Positions 24,336 through 34,668 of a stretch of 64,000 bases of DNA are shown here, in pieces. The first letter of the stretch is position 1; each line of letters starts with the position of its first letter. The stretch comes from Promethearchaeota archaeon. GTDB taxonomy: Archaea > Asgardarchaeota > Lokiarchaeia > Sigyniarchaeales > SOKP01. The notes under the pieces were generated by a model. It ran no database searches. It worked only from the letters and a program-made list of their open reading frames with translations, and was not told where the DNA came from. The translations under genes were made by a program, and so were the position numbers. The stretch covers positions 64,001 to 128,000 of the forward strand of contig JAHPZE010000007.1 of the NCBI GenBank assembly GCA_019058365.1. Direction: 5' to 3'.

Positions 24336-24521
24336 TTATTCATGCTGAATCCTATCTGCTATAGTGGAACGTGCTAATGCTGTTCTAATCTTCATTTTAT
24401 CATAACCCACCATATCGATAATCTTCATTATTTTTATTCGTCTTGCTTTTCCTTTTAAACCTTCTTCTGCCATAAACTCTTTTGCAAAATCCTCTTTCTT
24501 ATTTTCTTCTGTCTCTGACAT
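24336..24521 (-). CDS. Small hypothetical protein (61 aa)
   Basis: Protein-like composition, co-oriented upstream of serS. Confidence 0.6.
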   Translation of the reverse strand: MSETEENKKEDFAKEFMAEEGLKGKARRIKIMKIIDMVGYDKMKIRTALARSTIADRIQHE

Positions 24522-24732
24522 AATATTAAATAATTATTTTTCCAATAAAAAATTCACGAGAAGAATTAATTAAAGATTAAAAATGAATTAAAAGAAAATA
24601 TACATTAATACTTATTGAAGTCTAATCAGAAAAAATAAATTAATTCCATAATTTCACAAAGCAATAAGATTTGAAGTAAAATTTTAAATAAACAAAAAAT
24701 TTTTGGTGAGTTTTTACAAAAAGGTGAATTAG

Positions 24733-26718
24733 TTGTCTGAAAGTCAGACCAATGTTAGAATAGGAGTTTATATATGTGAGTGAGGAGTGAATATAAAAGC
24801 TTCTGTTGATTGCGATGCGGTTAAAAATGCTATTGAAAATCTCCCAAATGTAGTGATCTCTAGGGTAAATTCTTTTACTTGTAGCGATCCAGGACAAAAT
24901 ACTATCAGAAATGATATTTTAGAACAGGATTTGAATAGAGTAGTAGTTGCTGCATGTACTCCAAAAATCCATGAACCCACCTATAGAGCAGTTTTAATTG
25001 AAGCCGGTTTAAGTCCATATTATTTTCAAATGGTTAATTTAAGAGAGCACTGCTCTTTTGTTCATAGAGATGATAAAAAAAAGGCTACAGAGAAAGCCAT
25101 AAGATTGGTTAAAGCTGGAATTAATCGTGCACGAGAATTAGAAAATATTCCTCGGAAAGAGATTCCTGTAAAAAAAGCGGTTTTAATTGTTGGAGCAGGA
25201 ATTGCTGGAATGAATGCTGCCTTAGATTTAGCCAATCAAGGAATTCCCGTCTATTTAGTTGAAAAAGAAGCAACTATTGGAGGAAAAATGGCGCAATTAG
25301 ATAGGATATATCCAACAGATGATTGCGGAATATGAGTTCTGGCACCAATAATGGTTAATGCATCAAAACATCCAAACATAAATTTATTTACCTATAGTGA
25401 TGTTGTAGAATTCAGTGGTATACCAGGAAATTATAAGGCTAAGATTAGAAAGAATGCACGGTATGTTGACGAGAACAAATGTACGGGATGTGGATTATGT
25501 ACAACTAAGTGTCCTATTAAAGTCCCTAGTGAGTTTGATAGAGGTATTGGTGAAAGAGGAGCAATCTATATTCCATTTCCCCAAGCAGTACCGAAGTTAG
25601 CTGTTATGGATAGAAGTGTATGTATTGATTGCAAAAATTGTGAACGAATTTGCCCTGCTGAAGCAATTAATTTTGAGCAAGAAACGGAATATATCGATAT
25701 CAATATAGGGGCAGTAATTATTGCAACAGGGTGGGATGAGTATCCAATATGGAAATCTAACGAATATAATTATGGATTTTATCCCGATGTAATTACACAA
25801 ATAGAGTTAGAAAGACTGTTAAGTCCTATTGGACCTACAGGAGGACATGTATATCGAATTTCCAATGGAGAAACACCAAAAAACGTAGTGATGATTCAAT
25901 GTGTAGGTTCTAGGGATGTTAATGCTAATCCATACTGTTCTTTCGTTTGTTGTAATGTGGCACTTAAGAATGCCCAATTACTCAAACAAGAATATCCCGA
26001 CATGGATGTTATTATATTTTATATTGACATTCGAACAACCGACAAGGGAAATGAAGAATATTATAGAAAAATAAGAGAATCAGGTATACGAATGATTAGA
26101 GGAAAAGTAGGCGAAATAATAGAGGATAGTAAAACCAATAAATTAAAAGTTAGAGCATACTCATCTTTAACTGGTGAGATTGTAAAAATTAATGCTGATT
26201 TAGTTGTCTTGTCTACAGGAATGATTCCTTCTAAGGGAACAGAAGAAATGGTTGAAGTAATGGGCTTAAGTAAGGGGCCAGGAGGGTTCCTTTCAGAAAT
26301 TCATGGATGTTTAAGTCCACAAGAAACGAAAGATATAGGAATTTACATTGCTGGATGTGCTGCTGGGCCAAAAAATATTCCATATTCAGTATCTTCAGCT
26401 TTAGCAGCTGCAAGTAAAGCATCTACTATTTTATCTCATGACACCATAAAACGAGAATTAATTATCGCTGAAGTAAATGAAGCACTATGTATGGGATGTC
26501 ATAGGTGTGAGAAATTATGCTTCTATGAAGCAATAAAAGTTAATGATAGGGAAATCGCTGAAGTTAATGATTTAAAATGTAAAGGTTGTGGGGTGTGTAT
26601 ATCTTCTTGCCCCGCAAGAGCTATTGACTTGAAATATTATCGAGATCGGCAATTTTCTCAGGAATTTAAGGGTATTGGCAACACTGAATTAGAAACTGTA
26701 GAAAGTATTGAAGAATAA
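24733..26718 (+). CDS. hdrA: Heterodisulfide reductase subunit A, selenoprotein (661 aa; Sec17 and Sec201)
   Basis: TTG start after AAGGTGA. In-frame TGA at 24781-24783 (GVYICE-U-GVNI, canonical GVYVCHCG) and at 25333-25335 (PTDDCGI-U-VLAP, canonical PTxDCxxC) join the two track ORFs. FAD motif GAGIAG, CVGSRD, ferredoxin motifs. Confidence 0.93.
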
Positions 26719-26736
26719 ACAAATTAGAGGTTAATA

Positions 26737-27168
26737 ATGATGTCTAAAGAAAAAAATAATAGTTCTAGACGGATAGTTGCTTTTGGTTGTGATAAGTGAG
26801 GATACTCTGTAGCAGATTTAACCGGTGTGACAAGAAAATCATACTCTACAGATTTTCATCTCATTAGAGTAAGATGCACTGGAAGAGTCGGAATTCATTT
26901 AATTATGGAAGCTTTCTTAAATGGCGCTGATGGAGTTGCGATAATTTCTTGAAAAGAAGGTGAATGTGAATTTGGAAATGGTAATATTAATACATATGAA
27001 CATATACTTTCTTTAAAGAAATTATTAAAATATGAAGGTATTTCTGAAGATCGTGTTCAGCAATATTTCTGTTCAGCAGCAGAGGTCGAAAAATTTATAA
27101 ATTCAGTTAAAGATATTACAGCTAAAATTTATGCTCTCCCTCCACTCCCAAAATATAATCCGAAATAG
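26737..27168 (+). CDS. mvhD: MvhD/VhuD/FlpD [2Fe-2S] subunit, selenoprotein (143 aa; Sec21 and Sec72)
   Basis: Missing from the ORF track. IVAFGCDK-U-GYSVADLTG (TGA 26797-26799), IRVRCTGR, GADGVAIIS-U-KEGECEFGNGN (TGA 26950-26952), CSAAE, TAG stop. Confidence 0.93.
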
Positions 27169-27229
27169 AATGACCTTTTCAAAAAAATTGTGGTTGAAAA
27201 GCAACTAACCCATTGCTTGGGTTTTCGGA
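27159..27229 (+). promoter_or_regulatory. Candidate SECIS-like structured RNA in the mvhD 3' region
   Basis: AUGAC at 27170, then an 8-bp stem CTTTTCAA/TTGAAAAG with an A-rich loop, a second hairpin AACCCA/TGGGTT, and a closing stem TCCGAA/TTCGGA. Confidence 0.6.
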
Positions 27230-27255
27230 AAAATTTAGAATTATGATAAATTAAA

Positions 27256-28755
27256 ATGATTATGAGTCTTGAAGAAAAATTTTCATGGGAATTTTTAAAA
27301 AATATAGCAGATGCTTTAGATTCATATAGAATTCGAGTACTAATAGATGCTAAACAAGATATTTTAAAAGCTGGAATATATGATGAATCTCAATATGATA
27401 CTATCCTTTATAGAATGTTAGATGAAGAAAAGCTAAAATATTCCCTATTTAATTATTTAAAAAATAATTCTAAAAATAATTTAAAAACTCTAATTAAATT
27501 TTCTGAACTTAACTCTATTGATTTAAGTAAAACATTGAGTTTACTAGAATTACTTAAAAATGAAAAACTAATATTTCTTGAAGAAAAAGTGGATAAAATT
27601 GAAGGAGATGAGAATAATCCTGATAAATTCATCTTTAAAGATTATATAATAAAAATTAATGATGATCAAATTTCAAAATTAAAACCTATATATGAACCAG
27701 TAAAAGTGATTTTTGAGTCTAAAATTTGTTCTGGTTGTGGTTTATGTGCGGGAATATGTCCTGTGAATTGCCTTCATATTTATAATGGTTTTGGGAAAAT
27801 TGATGAAGATAAGTGTATTCGTTGTGGATTGTGTTATTTTGTTTGTCCAAGAACTTTTTTACCAATGAAAATTTTAAATATGACACAAGAAAAAGCTTCT
27901 AAGATTAAAGAATATGAGAAGATTGGATATTTTCTTGAAGCTTATTCAGCAAGAACAAAAATTAAAGAAATTTCTGAAATATGTCAAGATGGAGGAATTT
28001 CAAGCACTTGTTTACATTATCTTTTTGATAAAAGTGAAATCGACTTTGCTTTAGGAGCAAAAATGAGTAATACATTATGGCGACCTGAACCAGTTTTATT
28101 AAAAAATAAGGAAGAACTCCTTTCAACAGCAGGAACTAAATATGTAAACAATCCTAACTTGCAAATACTCAATCAAAGTGAACTTAAAAATAAAAAAATC
28201 GCAGTAGTAGGAGTTCCTTGTCAAATGCAAGCAATCCTAAAATCCGAGATTTACAATATTGGAGTCCCCTCCTTAAATTCTATTAATTATAAAATTGGAA
28301 TCTTCTGCATGGAATCCTTTTCTTATGAGTCACTTTTAGAAATATGTACAAAATTGAATGTGGATATTAAGAATGCAAAAAAGATGGATATTAATAAAGG
28401 AAAGTTCCTTATATACACGAACAATGGAGAAGAATTGAACATTCCAATTAAAGATATCTCACACTTAGCTCGAGAAGATTGTGAAATTTGTTATGATTTA
28501 ACCTCTGAATCCGCAGATATTTCAGTTGGATCAATAGGGTCTCCATCAGGATGGAATACGGTACTTATTAGAACTGAAAAAGGAAAAAAACTCTATAATA
28601 AATTGATTGAAAACGACTTAATTGAGTCGAAACCGATAGCAGAAGTGAAACCCGGCTTACCATTATTACAAAAAGTCGCTGGTTCGAAAAAAAGTAAAAG
28701 CATAAAACACATTAATTCAAAAAAAGAAGAAAATGTAAGAGTACCGAATTACTAG
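27256..28755 (+). CDS. Coenzyme F420 hydrogenase/dehydrogenase beta-subunit family (FrhB/FdhB-like), with 2x[4Fe-4S] and an N-terminal helical/wHTH extension
   Basis: CSGCGLCAGICP, CIRCGLCYFVCP, QDGG, AGTKY, VGVPCQ, GIFCMESF, ADISVGSIGSPSGWNTV. Confidence 0.9.
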   Translation: MIMSLEEKFSWEFLKNIADALDSYRIRVLIDAKQDILKAGIYDESQYDTILYRMLDEEKLKYSLFNYLKNNSKNNLKTLIKFSELNSIDLSKTLSLLELLKNEKLIFLEEKVDKIEGDENNPDKFIFKDYIIKINDDQISKLKPIYEPVKVIFESKICSGCGLCAGICPVNCLHIYNGFGKIDEDKCIRCGLCYFVCPRTFLPMKILNMTQEKASKIKEYEKIGYFLEAYSARTKIKEISEICQDGGISSTCLHYLFDKSEIDFALGAKMSNTLWRPEPVLLKNKEELLSTAGTKYVNNPNLQILNQSELKNKKIAVVGVPCQMQAILKSEIYNIGVPSLNSINYKIGIFCMESFSYESLLEICTKLNVDIKNAKKMDINKGKFLIYTNNGEELNIPIKDISHLAREDCEICYDLTSESADISVGSIGSPSGWNTVLIRTEKGKKLYNKLIENDLIESKPIAEVKPGLPLLQKVAGSKKSKSIKHINSKKEENVRVPNY

Positions 28756-28863
28756 GTAATTTTATTTAAAGAAATTTGCTACTTCTACAATTTATTCTTA
28801 AGTAAAACCAAAAATTTAATATTAAATTCTGGATTTACTAACATTAAATTATAGAAGAAAATA
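28464..28863 (+). repeat. Direct repeat copy 1 (400 bp): frhB 3' end plus downstream non-coding DNA
   Basis: Aligns at a constant offset of 2709 with 31173-31572. Confidence 0.9.
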
Positions 28864-28890
28864 TAATTTTATCTTATCTTTTTTTACTTT

Positions 28891-29274
28891 TTACACAGAA
28901 TTATAACATTCTATAGCCCTATTAATCTCATTTATTAGTTGATCAATCATAAAGGGTTTATCCCAAAAACTAAAAGCTCCAATAGAATAAGCTTCTTCTT
29001 TAATACTAATATCAGCACTTACAAATATAATTTTTACTTTTTTATCAATTTGTAAAATCTCTTTAGTAGCTTCAATTCCAGTCTTCTCTGGCATTCGATG
29101 ATCCATCAATATTACTTTAGGTCTATCTGAAAATGAATTATACTTTATAACGGCTTCCTCTCCATTGTCTGCGATACCGGCTACTTCAAAACCATAAAAA
29201 GATAAAAGTTTTTTATAAAAAAATTGAAGTGCAGGTTCATCATCAACGATAAATATTCTCTCCATTTTATTCAA
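28891..29274 (-). CDS. Stand-alone response regulator receiver (CheY-like)
   Basis: IVDDE, LMDHRMPEKTG, VSA, KPF. Confidence 0.93.
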   Translation of the reverse strand: MNKMERIFIVDDEPALQFFYKKLLSFYGFEVAGIADNGEEAVIKYNSFSDRPKVILMDHRMPEKTGIEATKEILQIDKKVKIIFVSADISIKEEAYSIGAFSFWDKPFMIDQLINEINRAIECYNSV

Positions 29275-30850
29275 CCTCTGGAATTAATACAATAAAATTA
29301 GTTCCTTTCGAATAATCTCCAGTAACTCTATCTTCAACCCATATTTCTCCTTTATATTTATCAATAATTTTTTTCACGAGGGACAATCCTAAGCCCATTC
29401 CATGAATGTATTTATTTTTACCATAACTTCTTTGAAAAATCTTTTCTTTCCGAGTATCCTTTATTCCTATACCATTATCTTGAAATTCAATTTTAAGATG
29501 CTTTATACCCTTTTTTTGCTCTTTTGATATCCTAATATTAATTTCTGGAATTAAACTTTTATTGTGTTTTAATGCGTTAATTAAAATATTCTCGAAAACA
29601 TCTCTAATAAGTTCATTTGATTGGATGTATATTTCTTTACTAATTGAATTGATATTAATTTTAACTTCTTTATCTTGATATATTTTATTTATAAGATCAA
29701 TTGAGTATATTAATATACTATAAATTTCAATCCGATTAAGAGGTATTTCAGATTCTTCAAGTTGAGAAAGTTTACGTATACTTGAAACTAAATTTTTCCC
29801 TCTAATAACTTCATTTTTTATAACTTTTATATTATCTTTTACCCCATCTGGATTATATAACTCTATTTCACATGTCTGCATTCCTGACATTACACCCTGC
29901 AATATGTTGTTAATATCGTGAGCAAATAAATCCTTATATAACTCTACCCTATTATAAGCTTCATGATATTTTTTTTCAGATTTTTTTAGCTTTATAGTGC
30001 GTTCTTCTACCAAGTCTTCGAGTTGTTCATGATATTTAAGTAGTTCTGCTTCACGTAGCTTAAGATCTCTAAAAATAAGATTATAAGGATCTTTAAGACC
30101 TGTTTTAATAATTGCTTTATATAAATAATAAAAAGAAATTATCTTAAAGAGATGTCCAACTAAATTAGAAAATCCATATGCACTAATATATAACGTAAAA
30201 GCCATTTCAGCACAAATTGTAGAAATATTAGAAATAATAATATAATAATAACTTTTTTTTTCAAATTTGATACGGCTTCGGATTATTAGAATTATATTTA
30301 TAAATAGAATTACATCGATAAGATATTCACTATATTTCTTGAATAACGTTAGTCCCACTCCTTCAATGAAGCAAGTAGGGAATATTTTCCAATAGAAAAT
30401 TGTCATCATTATAAGGATAAATATTACCAAATATATGAGAAATATATAATTATAACCAAATTTCTTCTTATTAATTAATAATATCGCAACTAATAGTGAA
30501 ATTGCTTCAAGATATCTTGCAGCAATCCATAACTGGGTCGGGAGATTAGTCTTATAACCTAAAAATATACCCATTCCGCTGTAACCAAGAGTATGTATTA
30601 AATCTATTAGACCTATAAACAAATACGCAATACCTATCATAAGGAAGTAAGAATTATCCATATATTTTCGCGAATTCCAGCCTATGATAAAAATAGAAAA
30701 AGCTATTGTTATGCTGAATAACTCAGCAATTGAATGAAAAAGAAGGTAATTATAATAACTAGTTAAATATATACAAAATAAAGTTAGTAATCCGATGCCA
30801 ATATTAATTCTATTCTTATTCTTTAATTTTTGGTTAGCATTAAGTTTCAT
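29267..30850 (-). CDS. MASE3-domain membrane sensor histidine kinase
   Basis: NYLLFHSIAELFS/TQLWIAAR MASE3 domain, AHDINN H-box, NALKH, DNGIGI, GLGLSLV. Confidence 0.92.
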   Translation of the reverse strand: MKLNANQKLKNKNRINIGIGLLTLFCIYLTSYYNYLLFHSIAELFSITIAFSIFIIGWNSRKYMDNSYFLMIGIAYLFIGLIDLIHTLGYSGMGIFLGYKTNLPTQLWIAARYLEAISLLVAILLINKKKFGYNYIFLIYLVIFILIMMTIFYWKIFPTCFIEGVGLTLFKKYSEYLIDVILFINIILIIRSRIKFEKKSYYYIIISNISTICAEMAFTLYISAYGFSNLVGHLFKIISFYYLYKAIIKTGLKDPYNLIFRDLKLREAELLKYHEQLEDLVEERTIKLKKSEKKYHEAYNRVELYKDLFAHDINNILQGVMSGMQTCEIELYNPDGVKDNIKVIKNEVIRGKNLVSSIRKLSQLEESEIPLNRIEIYSILIYSIDLINKIYQDKEVKININSISKEIYIQSNELIRDVFENILINALKHNKSLIPEINIRISKEQKKGIKHLKIEFQDNGIGIKDTRKEKIFQRSYGKNKYIHGMGLGLSLVKKIIDKYKGEIWVEDRVTGDYSKGTNFIVLIPEVE

Positions 30851-31172
30851 CAGATAATGAAATACCTTTATGATTTTTTTCTAATTTAAATAAAATATAT
30901 CTATTTTTTTGACAATACCCTAAAAAACTAAATAGTACTTTTTTTTACAAAAACCAAATTTTGTTTATAACAATAATATTATCTATGTACGTATATATAT
31001 GTTTTTGGTATATTTATATTTTAATTATACACTAAAAAAGAATTACCAAGGGGAATTTACACTATTCTTTATCTTTCCTAAGAAGCATAAAGACCTAAAT
31101 GTCCTAATCTGCTATATACATTTATACTAGAATTATGAATGAGCTAAAAATCGAGATTAAGTAAAGATCACG

Positions 31173-31572
31173 CTTAGCTCGAGAAGATTGGGAAATTCAT
31201 TACGATTTTATTTCTGAATCAGCAGATATTTCAATCGGATTGATAGAATCTCCTTCAGCTTAGAACAATGTATTTATAAACACTAATAAAGGGAAAAGTT
31301 TTTATAATGAGTTAATTAAAAATAATTCAATTAAGCCCAAACCAATTGAAGACGTAAAACTTGGGTTACCACAATTAATAAGAATTTTAAATTCTAAAAA
31401 AAATAAATGTCTAAAATACATTAAAGGAAAAAAAGAAGAAGATGTGAGAGTTTTAAATTACTAGGTAATTTTATTTAAAGAAATTTGCTAATTCTACAAT
31501 TTATCCTTAAGTAAAACCAAAAATTTAATATTAAATTCTGTATTTACTAACATTAAATCATAGAAGAAAATA
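31173..31572 (+). repeat. Direct repeat copy 2: decayed frhB 3' fragment plus rps13 upstream region
   Basis: The coding part is diverged and has TAG at 31261-31263 where frhB has TGG. The last 117 bp (31456-31572) differ from copy 1 at only 4 positions. Confidence 0.9.
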
Positions 31573-31595
31573 AAATACTAATTGAATGAGTTCAT

Positions 31596-32087
31596 ATGAG
31601 TTCTTTATCTGCGGTTCGACCTAAAAATTTCCGCGAAAAGGTGTTTTTTCGTAAATTAAGATCCCAAGTAGATGGAAATGCTAAAATTGAACATGGTTTA
31701 ACACAAATTAGTGGTATTGGTAGAAGGTTCGCTCAAGTCATCACTAAAGTGGCAGGAGTCGACCCAAATTTAAGGATAGGGGCAATTTCTGAAAAAGATT
31801 TGAATAGACTCGAAGAAATTATCTTAAATCCTATTGAAAATGGCGTTCCTAAGTGGATGGTAAACCGACCAAAAGATTTACGTACTGGTGAAGATCTTCA
31901 CATCATAGGAAATAAATTAGAAATTACTGTCAAAAGAGACGTTGACAGAATGAAAAAAATTAAAAGCTATAAAGGTGTTCGACATCACTTAAAATTGAAA
32001 GTTCGTGGACAACGAACTAGAAGTACTGGGCGTCACGGATTAGTTATTGGTGTCGTAAGAAGGAAAAAAGGTCAAACACAACAATAA
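31596..32087 (+). CDS. rps13: 30S ribosomal protein uS13
   Basis: [34 protein letters not shown]. Confidence 0.97.
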   Translation: MSSLSAVRPKNFREKVFFRKLRSQVDGNAKIEHGLTQISGIGRRFAQVITKVAGVDPNLRIGAISEKDLNRLEEIILNPIENGVPKWMVNRPKDLRTGEDLHIIGNKLEITVKRDVDRMKKIKSYKGVRHHLKLKVRGQRTRSTGRHGLVIGVVRRKKGQTQQ

Positions 32088-32098
32088 AAGGTGAAAAA

Positions 32099-32602
32099 AT
32101 GGGAGATCCAAGACGTTTAAAGAAGAAATTTAAGAAACCAAAACATCCATTTCAAAAAGATCGAATCATAGAAGAACTCGAATTTTTAGGTAAATATGGA
32201 CTTAGAAACAAACGAGAATTTTGGAAAATGCGTACAGTGCTGGGAAATTGGCGTAATATCGCTCGACAATCTAGATCATTATCTAAAGAGCAAGCTGTAG
32301 AAGTTCAACAAACATTAATTCGTAAATTAAATAAGTTGGGTATTATTGGACCAGAAGCAGAATTTGAAGATGTATTACTTCTTACAGTAGAAGATTTATT
32401 AAAAAGAAGATTACAAACTCTTGTTTATGAAAAAGGATACGCAACTACTGTATATCAAGCAAGGCAATATATCACCCATGGGCATATACAAGTCGGCGGG
32501 AAAAAAGTTAATGCCCCTTCCTATATTGTAAAAAAGGATGAAGAAGCTCTTATTCGCTTCGCTCCTAAGAGTCCATTTACAGAAGCAAAAGAAAAAAGTT
32601 AA
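32099..32602 (+). CDS. rps4: 30S ribosomal protein uS4
   Basis: [31 protein letters not shown]. Confidence 0.97.
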   Translation: MGDPRRLKKKFKKPKHPFQKDRIIEELEFLGKYGLRNKREFWKMRTVLGNWRNIARQSRSLSKEQAVEVQQTLIRKLNKLGIIGPEAEFEDVLLLTVEDLLKRRLQTLVYEKGYATTVYQARQYITHGHIQVGGKKVNAPSYIVKKDEEALIRFAPKSPFTEAKEKS

Positions 32603-32614
32603 TGGTGAAAAAAA

Positions 32615-33010
32615 GTGAGTAGAGAAGAAACTAAATGGGCAATTGTGCATATATTCAGTTCTTATAATAACACCCTCGTAACTGCTACGGATCTTTCGGG
32701 TGCAGAAACGCTTGCAAAATGCACTGCAGGAATGGTTGTTAAAGCTAGCCGAGATGAATCATCTCCATATGCCGCTATGCAGTGCGGCTTTAGAGTAGCT
32801 AACGACCTAAGAGATAAAGGTGTTAAAGGGATTCATATTAAAGTAAGAGCACCCGGTGGAAATAGATCACAAACCCCCGGTCCTGGAGCTCAAGCTTGCA
32901 TTCGCGCTCTCGCTCGTGCTGGTCTACAAGTCGGGAGGATTGAAGAAGTAACCCCTCGATCGCATGACCACTGTCGTAGAAAAGGGGGTCACAGGGGCCG
33001 TAGGGTATAA
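32615..33010 (+). CDS. rps11: 30S ribosomal protein uS11
   Basis: [31 protein letters not shown]. Confidence 0.97.
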   Translation: MSREETKWAIVHIFSSYNNTLVTATDLSGAETLAKCTAGMVVKASRDESSPYAAMQCGFRVANDLRDKGVKGIHIKVRAPGGNRSQTPGPGAQACIRALARAGLQVGRIEEVTPRSHDHCRRKGGHRGRRV

Positions 33011-33011
33011 A

Positions 33012-33036
33012 AATCTCTTAGGAGATTGCTCTTTTT
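33012..33036 (+). terminator. Possible terminator after rps11
   Basis: AATCTC-TTAG-GAGATT hairpin followed by a T run. Confidence 0.35.
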
Positions 33037-33138
33037 AAAGAATAAGAAAATTTATTCTTTTGGAATTGACTTTTCTTTATTAAGATATCTTTTTATAAAC
33101 TTTTCTTTCTGTTCATAGTAATAATTAATATAATCATG

Positions 33139-33501
33139 CTATCTTCTATCTTCTTCACTTCCCATAGGGTGATACCAGATAAGATCTTTTTCTTGACATT
33201 CAACACAATACCACGTTTCATGAAGAGGGATATACACCATATCTCTATCACTTTGGGTGCAAAGAGGGCACACACAAATAGATTTATTTAATGCTCCCCG
33301 CAATTTATGTTATGTTCCTTCTAAATAGAATACTTCTTTCTGTTCTTCGGGTGTTAAATCCAAAATTGCTCCATATAAGCTAGAGTAAGTACTTAAAATT
33401 TCGATTTCCTCATAAACTGATCTAATTATAAGTTCTCTGAAATTATTTCTTATCCTTTTCAGTCGTTCATTCCGGATAATAACTCTTCTTTCTTCTCTCA
33501 T
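33139..33501 (-). pseudogene. Zn-finger protein gene interrupted by an in-frame TAA
   Basis: Reading through TAA 33310-33312 gives HKLRGALNKSICVCPLCTQSDRDMVYIPLHETWYCVECQEK, up to TAG 33139-33141. The frame stays protein-like beyond that stop. Confidence 0.7.
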
Positions 33502-34602
33502 AATTATAGTAAAGGTATGGAATAAAAATATTTAAATAAAAAAAAATAATTTTAGGTTTTATTTTCTATGAATCCACTAGTTAATAAATGTGGAGTGCCA
33601 AAGAAGATTATGTTCAAGATATATGTATTTAAAATGGGAGATGGTCGATTTTTCCTAATCCAATCATGGATTATTGTTTTTATTTCTTGATTAATTTTAT
33701 CTTTCGGAATGCTTTTGAAGAATCTATTGAGAGTATAATTTCTTCTCTTTTCATCAGTAAAGTAATTTATAATAAAATTCTCTATACCATTTTCAATTAA
33801 AAAATTTCGTCTTTCGATGTAATCCTGCCATTTTTGTTCTCAATTTTTCACATTTTTTTTATAGTATTGAATTTAGAATTTTCACTGTTCTTTAATCGAT
33901 CTTATATACACATAAATTCCATAACTACCAATAAAAAGAGTGGCGGCAATAGCTACTCCAGCAATTATATAAGGATAAGACGCTTCAACATTATAAATGT
34001 ATAATTCAGGGTCCCAATTATATTGCCAAATAAATCCCATAATCAAGGAAGTTATCACTAAAATAATTCCACTAATAAAGTAAACTAACTTTATTCTACT
34101 TTTCTTAGAAATTTTTTTTCACCCTACAATAGTACTTTAAAAAAATCGTATATTTGGTTAAATATTATTATGTAAGTTGGATTTATAATATTTTTTTCGA
34201 TTAAAACATTAGAAATCGTTTTATAAAAAAATATTGATCTGCTATTTAAGAATTATGATTCTGTTTTTTATTAGGAGACGACTTATCTATTGAAATTTTT
34301 AGTTTCATCCTTCTACAAAAGAGTTAACCTTTAATATTAAGTGTGAATAATGTTATTTTATAAGTTTTTTAAGTAGATCGTGGAAAAGAATGAGATATAA
34401 GGTCCATGAATTCAAATATTAGTGAGTAAAAGGTTTAGCTAGTGAAAAAAATCTAAATGTTTTAGAACAGTTCTTAAATGCGTTAGAAGGAAGGCTTGTA
34501 TCTATTATTAATTACACATATAATAGGCAATATCTTATAATTATTAAGGAACTTGATGATTAGATTTTTTTTAAAAATAATAGCTTCGGTACATGATTAA
34601 AA

Positions 34603-34668
34603 TATCCTTTACATCGGAAAAAAGTATATTAGTAAAGGTTTTTAGGGGGCTTAATGAGATAGTTTTAA
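34603..34668 (+). repeat. Imperfect direct repeat copy 1 (~65 bp) flanking the hydrolase gene
   Basis: TATCCTTTACATCGGAAAAAAGTATATTAGTAAAGGTTTTTA...CTTAATGAGATAGTTTTAA matches 35695-35759. Confidence 0.75.

Noticed and set aside
24787-26718. Two separate hdrA genes or an hdrA pseudogene, as the ORF track implies
   Set aside because: Both ORFs share one frame, and the only interruptions are TGA codons at conserved Cys positions
27199-27223. H-type pseudoknot from AGCAA/TTGCT plus AACCCA/TGGGTT
   Set aside because: There are no linker nucleotides between the two 3' strands, so it is sterically implausible. Treated as alternative hairpins.
33093-33275. 60-aa ORF in the track
   Set aside because: It is an alternative frame over the Zn-finger pseudogene, whose CxxC motifs lie in a different frame
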